Origin: Dehalococcoidia bacterium | GTDB taxonomy: Bacteria > Chloroflexota > Dehalococcoidia > Lucifugimonadales > UBA3495 | Reading direction: 5' to 3' | NCBI GenBank assembly: GCA_022827095.1 | Contig: JAJDTP010000005.1 | Span: forward strand, 647,919 to 711,918 | DNA length: 64,000 bases | Shown: one piece after another, positions 45,952 through 52,529 of the stretch | Layout: each line of letters begins with the position of its first letter | How positions within the stretch are numbered: the stretch's first letter is position 1 | Notes under the pieces: model-generated | Database searches by the model: none | The model's input: the letters and a program-made list of their open reading frames with translations, nothing else | What the model was told of the DNA's origin: nothing | Translations under genes and position numbers: made by a program

Positions 45952-48063
45952 ATGGCCGGTTACCGCAAGCATGAAGCGCAGGAATGGGCCTGGCAAAGTT
46001 TGAAGGGGCAATGGACCACGCTGGTCACGCCCTTCACGCCGGACAACCAGGTGGATACTGAAGGTCTCCGCCGGAACATTCGTCACGTTCAGAGCCTGGG
46101 CGTACGCGGCGGCGGCTGCACCTGGAACATGGGCGAATTCTGGAGCCTGACCGAGGGCGAGCGCCGCCTCGTAATGGACACGGTGGCCGACGAAGCGGCC
46201 GGCCATTGGCTCATCGGCGCCCACGTCACCGACACCTCCCTGCGTGAGAGTATTGCGCTGGCCCAGCACGCCGAACTCCGGGGTTTCGACCTCCTGATCA
46301 TTGCTCCCTCGTACATGGTGACCAAGACCGAGGACCAGGTCGTCGATTTCGTGCGCCAGGTCGCCGACAACACCGAATTGGCGATGATGTTCTACAACTC
46401 TCCCCAGTTCGGCATCACCATCAGCCCCCAGGGTCTGAAGCGGTTGTGCGCCATCCCCAACGTGGTTGGTGTAAAGGAGGCCAGCTTCAACCAGCAGATT
46501 TCCATCGAAACCCACCTGCTGGTCGGTCGCGACGCGATAATCAGCACGCCGGACGAGTGGATATTCCACAAGGCCCGGGAGTTGGGCTTCCACCAGCAGG
46601 TGATGTTTGCCAACACGTCCGACTGGCGGTTCGACACGCCGCGCCACAACTACTACACCCAGTTCATCGACCGCGCCACCACGGGTGACTTGGATGTGGA
46701 CTTCTACAACCACTACCTGAAGGACATCAAAGCGCTGTCCGACAAGTGGTGGGGCGGCACCATGAAAAAGACCGGCGGCGCGCTCCCCGTCGCCATGTGC
46801 AAGGCGTGGGGCGAGATGATGGGCATGGCCGGCGGAAGCGTCCGCGCGCCTTTGCAGGACCTGACCCACGAAGAGAAGTCCGAACTGTGGAGCGAGTTGG
46901 AGCCTTTGCTTCCTCGTGCCGGCGCCCCGGCAGAGCCAGCCCGCGAGGTAATCCACGGCCGCCCGCATGCGCCGTGGCTCAACGGCAACGGCGTCCGTGA
47001 CGGCCGGAGCGGGCTTTCCGAGTCGGGCATGATGCTGCTGGTGAGCGCCCAGAACAAGGCCGAGGCGATGGAAGCGGACCGGGGCGGCGCCGACATCATC
47101 GACCTGAAAAACCTCCAGGAAGCTCTGGTGGGCTCGGCTCATCCCAGCCTCGTTCGGGAAGTACGGGAGATCATCTCGCCGGAAAAGCACGTGAGCGTTA
47201 CTCTGGGCGTCGTTCCCAACCAACCGGGCACCGTCGCCATGGCGGTGCACGCCGCCGCGTTGATGGATGCGACTTCGGTCAAAGTCGGGTTCCAGGTCGC
47301 GGACTACGAAACCGCCGTTGAGGTGCTGCGGGAATCCCGCGCCGCCATCGGGAACGCGGATACCAAGCTGATCGGCTCCCTGTTCGCCGACAACCTGCTG
47401 TTCGAGGGCGGACTCGATCCCCACCTCATGGTCAGGCTGGCTATCGACGGCGAATGCGACGGGTTCCTGATTGACACCCTGACCAAGGACGGCCGCAACC
47501 TGTTCGACTTCATGCCCGAGCCGGTGCTGCGGGATATGGTCATGCACGCGAAACAGGAAGGACTGAGCACCGCGCTGAGCGGACACTTGAAGCTGGAGAA
47601 CCTTGACGAACTGGCGCGCATCAACCCGGATATCGTCGGCGTTCGCGGCGCCGTGTGTTCCAGCGGAGAGCGAGATCGCGCCGTCGCCTGGGAAGCCGTG
47701 GCCTATTTCAAGGAGCAACTTGACCTGCGCAAGAGCGGCGTGATCGACGTGCGCGCTCCCGTGGGCGTTGCCCCGGGTGGCAACGGGTACGCCAATGGCA
47801 ATGGCAACGGCAATGGACAGGGCAGCGGTTGGACCGTTATCGATGGCCGAGGCAAGAACTGCGCTGGAGTCATCGCCGCCCTGAGCCGCCAGATGGAGTA
47901 CGACCGCACTTCATTTATCGAGGCCATACTCCACGACGCCCTGAACATCTATGACGTCGTCTATTGGGCCGAACAGGCCGGGCATCGCCTGCTGACCCAG
48001 CGCAAGGAAAACGACGGCACCCTGCGCGTGCTGATCGAGCCCTACGGCAACGGCAATCACTGA
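45952..48063 (+). CDS. Tri-domain fusion protein: DapA/NAL-family class I aldolase (aa ~1-320), MfnB-type (5-formylfuran-3-yl)methyl phosphate synthase (DUF556, aa ~360-590), Gly/Asn linker and a TusA-like domain (aa ~627-697)
   Basis: GGAGG RBS then ATG. The DapA-like part has MFYNSP (Tyr148) and VVGVKEAS (Lys175). The MfnB-like part has MLLVSAQ...GGADIIDLKN (Asp384/Lys386), SVKVGF (Lys444), FLIDTLTKDGRNLFDFM (Asp508), ALSGH and DIVGVRGAVC. The tail reads WTVIDGRGKNCAGVIAAL...GTLRVLIEP. It is a single uninterrupted ORF. Confidence 0.85.
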   Translation: MAGYRKHEAQEWAWQSLKGQWTTLVTPFTPDNQVDTEGLRRNIRHVQSLGVRGGGCTWNMGEFWSLTEGERRLVMDTVADEAAGHWLIGAHVTDTSLRESIALAQHAELRGFDLLIIAPSYMVTKTEDQVVDFVRQVADNTELAMMFYNSPQFGITISPQGLKRLCAIPNVVGVKEASFNQQISIETHLLVGRDAIISTPDEWIFHKARELGFHQQVMFANTSDWRFDTPRHNYYTQFIDRATTGDLDVDFYNHYLKDIKALSDKWWGGTMKKTGGALPVAMCKAWGEMMGMAGGSVRAPLQDLTHEEKSELWSELEPLLPRAGAPAEPAREVIHGRPHAPWLNGNGVRDGRSGLSESGMMLLVSAQNKAEAMEADRGGADIIDLKNLQEALVGSAHPSLVREVREIISPEKHVSVTLGVVPNQPGTVAMAVHAAALMDATSVKVGFQVADYETAVEVLRESRAAIGNADTKLIGSLFADNLLFEGGLDPHLMVRLAIDGECDGFLIDTLTKDGRNLFDFMPEPVLRDMVMHAKQEGLSTALSGHLKLENLDELARINPDIVGVRGAVCSSGERDRAVAWEAVAYFKEQLDLRKSGVIDVRAPVGVAPGGNGYANGNGNGNGQGSGWTVIDGRGKNCAGVIAALSRQMEYDRTSFIEAILHDALNIYDVVYWAEQAGHRLLTQRKENDGTLRVLIEPYGNGNH

Positions 48064-48105
48064 TCACCGTGAGCCAACCCGGCGGCACAATCAACGATTA
48101 TCACC

Positions 48106-48127
48106 GGGGCGGGAGTGATCCCGCCCC
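48106..48127 (+). other. GC-rich hairpin 43 nt after the fusion-gene stop (weak terminator candidate or RNA-stability element)
   Basis: GGGGCGGGA-GUGA-UCCCGCCCC, a 9-bp perfect stem. No U-tract follows directly (AAACGATTCCCCTTTC). Confidence 0.4.
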
Positions 48128-48257
48128 AAACGATTCCCCTTTCTGGTTCGTTGACCCGGTTTTCGGCCCGCCATATAATCCCCGCAGACCGACGCCAAGC
48201 GGGATACGCCGCGAATTCTAGTGCCCGCTCCAATGGCGTCGGCGTTGGAGGGCTGAT

Positions 48258-49178
48258 ATGGCTCGTTTCGACTACCTGGAGCCGCAATCGTTGGATGAGG
48301 CGCTCGGGATGCTGGAGAAGCACGGCGCCAATTCACGATTGGTGGCTGGCAGCACCGATTTCCTGGTCCGCTGGCGCACGGGTGTTTGGCGACCCGAGAT
48401 TGTTGTGTGTATGCAGCACGTTCCCGGATTGGATGGTTTGCATTTCAACGATGACGACGGCCTGTCCATCGGCGCGATGACCACGGTGCAGGACATCGAG
48501 CAGAATAGCATCGTTCGGTCGCGTTACCCCGCGCTGGCGGCCGGGGCCACCGCCTTCGCCGGCGTGCAGGTACGCAATCTCGCCACCGTGGTCGGCAACG
48601 TGTGCAACGCCTCGCCGGCGGGCGACACCCTGCCCGCGTTGCTGGCTTACGACGCCCAATGTCGCATAGTGGGTTCAAATGGGGAGCGCTGGCTCCCGCT
48701 CACCGAAGTGTTCGTGGGGCCGGGTCAAACCGCCCTGGCCGCCGGCGAGATCATGACGGAGATCCGGTTGCCGACTCCGCCGCCGAACTCCGGCGGACTG
48801 TACATCAAGCACAGCCCGCGCGGCGCGATGGACATATCAGCCGTAGGCGCGGCTTCGGTGGTGAGCATCGGATCCGACGGGAACTGCGCGTCGGTCCGGA
48901 TCGCGCTGGGCGCGGTTGCCCCGACGCCGATGCGGGCCTTTGGCGCCGAGGGCCGTTTGGTTGGTCAGCCCCCGACCGACGACAATGTCGCCGAATCGGC
49001 GCGGTTGGCGGCCCAGGCGTCACGGCCCATCGCCGATGTGCGCAGCGGCGCTGAATATCGCCGGGAAATCGCCCAGGTTCTTGCCGAACGCACCCTGCGA
49101 CACGCCGCAGACACTGCCGTCGGAGGCGTAGCCGACTTTGACGATATCCGCCGATTGGCCGTTCAGACCACCTGGTAA
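48258..49178 (+). CDS. Xanthine dehydrogenase/CO dehydrogenase family FAD-binding subunit (CoxM-like)
   Basis: FDYLEPQSLDEALGML...RLVAGSTDFLV...VRNLATVGGN-like block (VRNLATVVGNVCNASPAGD). Confidence 0.9.
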   Translation: MARFDYLEPQSLDEALGMLEKHGANSRLVAGSTDFLVRWRTGVWRPEIVVCMQHVPGLDGLHFNDDDGLSIGAMTTVQDIEQNSIVRSRYPALAAGATAFAGVQVRNLATVVGNVCNASPAGDTLPALLAYDAQCRIVGSNGERWLPLTEVFVGPGQTALAAGEIMTEIRLPTPPPNSGGLYIKHSPRGAMDISAVGAASVVSIGSDGNCASVRIALGAVAPTPMRAFGAEGRLVGQPPTDDNVAESARLAAQASRPIADVRSGAEYRREIAQVLAERTLRHAADTAVGGVADFDDIRRLAVQTTW

Positions 49179-49199
49179 CCGGCCCGCGAGGTTGATGAC

Positions 49200-49676
49200 A
49201 TGAAACAGCCGCTCAATCTGAACATCAACGGCGAAAACCGGCTGATGCTCGTGGAACCATACTATTCCCTGCTGGATTGCCTGCGCGACGAAGCGCAGTT
49301 GACCGGCGCCAAGAAGGGCTGCGACGAAGGCGACTGCGGAGCCTGTACCGTGTTGATGGACGGCAAACCAGTGACTTCCTGCCTGGTGTTGGCCCACAGC
49401 GCCCACGATGCCGCCATCACTACCATCGAGGGTCTGGCTGGCGTGGATGGTCTCAGTCCCGTCCAGAAGGCATTCGTGGAGCACGGGGGCCTGCAGTGCG
49501 GGTTCTGCATCCCGGGACTGATCATGTCGGCCACGGGGTTCCTGCAGGACAATCCTGACCCAACCGAGGAGGACGTCCGCTTCGCCATCGGCGGCAATTT
49601 GTGCCGGTGCACGGGCTATCAACGAGTGGTTGAAGCGGTCATGGCCGCGGCCCAGGAAATCAGGGAAACCCGCTGA
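49200..49676 (+). CDS. (2Fe-2S)-binding subunit of a molybdenum hydroxylase (CoxS-like)
   Basis: GCDEGDCGACTV and CGFCIPG...GNLCRCTGY cysteine clusters; 158 aa. Confidence 0.9.
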   Translation: MKQPLNLNINGENRLMLVEPYYSLLDCLRDEAQLTGAKKGCDEGDCGACTVLMDGKPVTSCLVLAHSAHDAAITTIEGLAGVDGLSPVQKAFVEHGGLQCGFCIPGLIMSATGFLQDNPDPTEEDVRFAIGGNLCRCTGYQRVVEAVMAAAQEIRETR

Positions 49677-49710
49677 TCGTTTCGCTCCGCCAGCGATGGA
49701 GGCAGATACA

Positions 49711-51993
49711 ATGACAACGCAATTCAAAGTTTTGGAGCGCAACCACCCTCGCGTCGATGCGCACGACAAGGTCACCGGGCGTGCCGCCTACGCCTCTGAC
49801 GTGTACCTGCCCGGCATGTTGGCCTGCAAACTGCTGCCCAGCACGCGAAACCATGCCCGAATTGTCCGGCTGGACATCAGCAAGGCGGCCTCCCATCCGG
49901 GCGTCAGGTGTGTCATCACCGGCACGGATTTTCCCGACATCCGGTACGGCTCCGGCGCGCTGCGGGACAGGTACGTCATGCCGCGCGAGGTGGTCAACTT
50001 CGTGGGTGAGCCCATCGCCGCGGTGGCCGCGGACGACGAAGCGACGGCGCAGGAAGCCATCGAGTTGATTGAGGTCGAATACGAAGACTTGCCGTCCGTG
50101 GTCAATCCGCTAACCGCCATCGGTTCGGACGCGGCCACGGTGCACCCGGAACTGGAAGAATACGAGGGGTACGGGTTCACGCTGGGGCACAACGTCAGCA
50201 CTCTGCTGGACGCTGACCGGGGCGACGTCGACCAAGCGTTCCGCGACGCCGACGTAGTGGTGGAGGACGTTTATCGCTCCCAGGGGATCAACCAGGGTTT
50301 CCTGGAGCCCATGGCTTGCGTAGCCGATGTGGAAGCCAACGGCCGTCTGGTCGTCTACGCATCCACACAGGGCCCATACCAGATCCGCGCCGCGTTGGCC
50401 GGCGTGCTTGAAGTTCCGGTGTCGCGAATCCGGGTGGTCCCCATGGAACTGGGCGGCGGTTTTGGGGCCAAATTGCGGCTGGCGTTCGAGGCTTTCCCGG
50501 CGCTACTGGCGATGAAAACGGGCCGACCCGTCAAATTGGTCAACACCCGCGAGGAAGTGTTCACCATGAACGGCCCGCGGCTTCCGGTGACCAACTACAT
50601 CCGGTCGGGCGTCATGCGCGATGGCACGATTACCGCCCGTGAAGCCTACACGATCTTTGACGTGGGGGCGTATCTGGGCGCCGGTCCCAACTCCGGGATC
50701 GGTCACGGCATCGGAGCCTACCGGGTGCCCAACTTCCGACTGCGTTCCTACGGCGTTTACACCAATAAGATTTACGTCGGTTCGTACCGCGCTTCTGGCG
50801 TGGCCGACATGACCTTCGCCGTGGAATCCCACATGGACCGCATCGCGCATGAAATCGGGATGGACCCATACGACCTGCGCGTGAAGAATGCCCTGCGCGA
50901 GGGCGACGTCTCCGTTAGCGGAGCGGTAGTACCCACCAACGGGCTGATGGAAACGCTCGAGGCCATCAAGGAAAAGATCGACTGGCCGCGAGACCTAGAA
51001 GACGGCCACGGCGTGGGTCTGGCGCTGTGCGAGTGGAGGAGTGGCAGCGGCCCGTCCACGGCGTCGATCAGCGTCAACGACGACGGCACGGTGAGCCTGC
51101 TCACGGGTTCCGTTGACATCTCTGGCAGCGATACCTCCCTGGCGGCTATCGCCGCGGAGGCCCTGGGTATACCAATGGACCAAGTGGTGGTAGCCAAGCG
51201 CGACACGGACCTGGCGCCATACACCGGGCAGTCCGGCGGCAGCCGCATCGTGTACAGCCAGGGCACCGCGGTGCAACGCGCCGCCGAGGACACGGTCCAA
51301 AAGCTCGTTGCCCTGGCCGCGGAACGACTGGGTGTCCCTGAAGAAGCTCTGGACTGCGAGGATGGTCGAGTCTACGTCATGGACAACGAACCGCAGGGAC
51401 TGACGTTCGCGCAACTGGCGGCCGCAAGCATCACGTCACGCGGCGGCCCCATCATCGGCACCGCGTCGCTGTCCAGCATGCCATACACCCCGGTATTCGC
51501 CGCCCAGGCAGCCGAGGTCAAGGTCGACCGCAAAACCGGGCAGGTCAGGTTGCTCCGCTACATCCAGGCCCAGGACGTGGGGACTCCGATCAATCCCATG
51601 GCCGTGGAAGGGCAACTGGACGGGGGGGTCGTCCAGGGGATTGGCCGCGCCCTGACGGAGGATCAGCAGTTCGACCCGGAAACTGGCGCGGTCCGCAATC
51701 CCTCGTTTGCCTCGTATCTGATGCCGTTGGCAATCGACCTGCCGGAACTGGAGAACGTGCTGATCAACGTGCCGGCGCCCGATGGGCCGTTTGGAGCCCG
51801 GGCCGTGGCCGAACCGCCGGGCTTTGGTCCGCCGGCCGCCATCGCCAACGCGGTGTACGATGCGGTGGGCGTGCGTATCAAGGAGTTGCCGCTGTCGGGC
51901 GAACGTGTGCTCTCCGCGTTGAACGGCCAGAACGCGGACATCGATTTCGACGTGGATGCGCTTCGCCGCGCCGAGGGTATAGCCGCCGACTGA
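49711..51993 (+). CDS. Molybdopterin-binding large subunit of a xanthine dehydrogenase/aldehyde oxidase family enzyme (CoxL-like)
   Basis: GGAGG lies 8 nt upstream of the ATG at 49711. RVDAHDKVTGRAAYASDV is the typical N-terminus. Other family blocks: GGGFGAK, SYRASG, AEPP. The active-site loop is not the CODH form I VAYRCSFR type. Confidence 0.9.
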   Translation: MTTQFKVLERNHPRVDAHDKVTGRAAYASDVYLPGMLACKLLPSTRNHARIVRLDISKAASHPGVRCVITGTDFPDIRYGSGALRDRYVMPREVVNFVGEPIAAVAADDEATAQEAIELIEVEYEDLPSVVNPLTAIGSDAATVHPELEEYEGYGFTLGHNVSTLLDADRGDVDQAFRDADVVVEDVYRSQGINQGFLEPMACVADVEANGRLVVYASTQGPYQIRAALAGVLEVPVSRIRVVPMELGGGFGAKLRLAFEAFPALLAMKTGRPVKLVNTREEVFTMNGPRLPVTNYIRSGVMRDGTITAREAYTIFDVGAYLGAGPNSGIGHGIGAYRVPNFRLRSYGVYTNKIYVGSYRASGVADMTFAVESHMDRIAHEIGMDPYDLRVKNALREGDVSVSGAVVPTNGLMETLEAIKEKIDWPRDLEDGHGVGLALCEWRSGSGPSTASISVNDDGTVSLLTGSVDISGSDTSLAAIAAEALGIPMDQVVVAKRDTDLAPYTGQSGGSRIVYSQGTAVQRAAEDTVQKLVALAAERLGVPEEALDCEDGRVYVMDNEPQGLTFAQLAAASITSRGGPIIGTASLSSMPYTPVFAAQAAEVKVDRKTGQVRLLRYIQAQDVGTPINPMAVEGQLDGGVVQGIGRALTEDQQFDPETGAVRNPSFASYLMPLAIDLPELENVLINVPAPDGPFGARAVAEPPGFGPPAAIANAVYDAVGVRIKELPLSGERVLSALNGQNADIDFDVDALRRAEGIAAD

Positions 51994-52019
51994 TCTGGAT
52001 TCCAAACGGCTGGAATCGG

Positions 52020-52045
52020 CAGGGGCGGGCGCAGGCTCGCCCCTG
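52020..52045. terminator. Hairpin between convergent genes (a second hairpin lies at 51998-52017)
   Basis: CAGGGGCG/CGCCCCTG 8-bp stem with a 10-nt loop, preceded by a GATTCCA/TGGAATC 7-bp stem. Confidence 0.45.
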
Positions 52046-52058
52046 TCGAGTCCTCAGC

Positions 52059-52478
52059 TCAGTCGGCCCGGCCGTATACGTGCGATGGCTCCACCAGCAC
52101 CGCATAGCGGCGGTCGTCCAGCATGGCCTGGTCATATTCCGGCCAGTTGGGGTGCTCTTCGCCGGCAGCGGTGCGGTACACGTCGCGCAGGGTTTCCCGA
52201 TACTCGTCGGCCGAAACCTCGCCGACTCCCACCAGCCTGGCCTCGCCTTCCAGCACTAGGAAGTTCCGCCAATCGCCGGTGCCCACCAGGATCGTGCAAC
52301 GAGGGTTCCGCCGGAGATTGCGGAGCTTGGCACGGTCGGCGGTCGTCGTAAACGCTACGCCCTCCCCGTACAACCCGCACGTCACGATGCTCATTTGGCC
52401 GGCGCCGTTTCGACGAAAAGTCGTCAGGGCGCCGTTGTGGTTAGAGGTCAAGAATTGGCGTTGCGCTTCGGTTAGCAT
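52059..52478 (-). CDS. PPOX-class (pyridoxamine 5'-phosphate oxidase-like) probable F420-dependent enzyme
   Basis: 139 aa. LTSNHNGALTTFRRNGAGQMSIV...RAKLRNLRRNPRCTILV is the typical split-barrel PPOX pattern. Confidence 0.75.
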   Translation of the reverse strand: MLTEAQRQFLTSNHNGALTTFRRNGAGQMSIVTCGLYGEGVAFTTTADRAKLRNLRRNPRCTILVGTGDWRNFLVLEGEARLVGVGEVSADEYRETLRDVYRTAAGEEHPNWPEYDQAMLDDRRYAVLVEPSHVYGRAD

Positions 52479-52529
52479 CGGTTGCTCCTTTGGGTGGGCT
52501 GAACGCCACGAGTCAACATTTTGGAGTAA

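Noticed and set aside
44782-47718. 978-aa minus-strand ORF spanning the ileS end, mutM, an intergenic region and most of the fusion gene
   Set aside because: It is antisense to genes with unmistakable family motifs on the + strand (MutM, DapA-like, MfnB-like) and crosses an intergenic region. Its translation is Arg/Gly/Ala-rich with no recognisable motifs. This is a typical stop-codon-poor antisense frame of high-GC DNA.
47776-47829. GGCAA(C/T)GG-type microsatellite encoding the GNGNGNG stretch, as a possible phase-variation repeat
   Set aside because: The repeat unit is 6 nt (in frame), short and imperfect. It is most simply an interdomain Gly/Asn linker. Similar Gly/Asn tracts end this protein and occur in the 63513 ORF.
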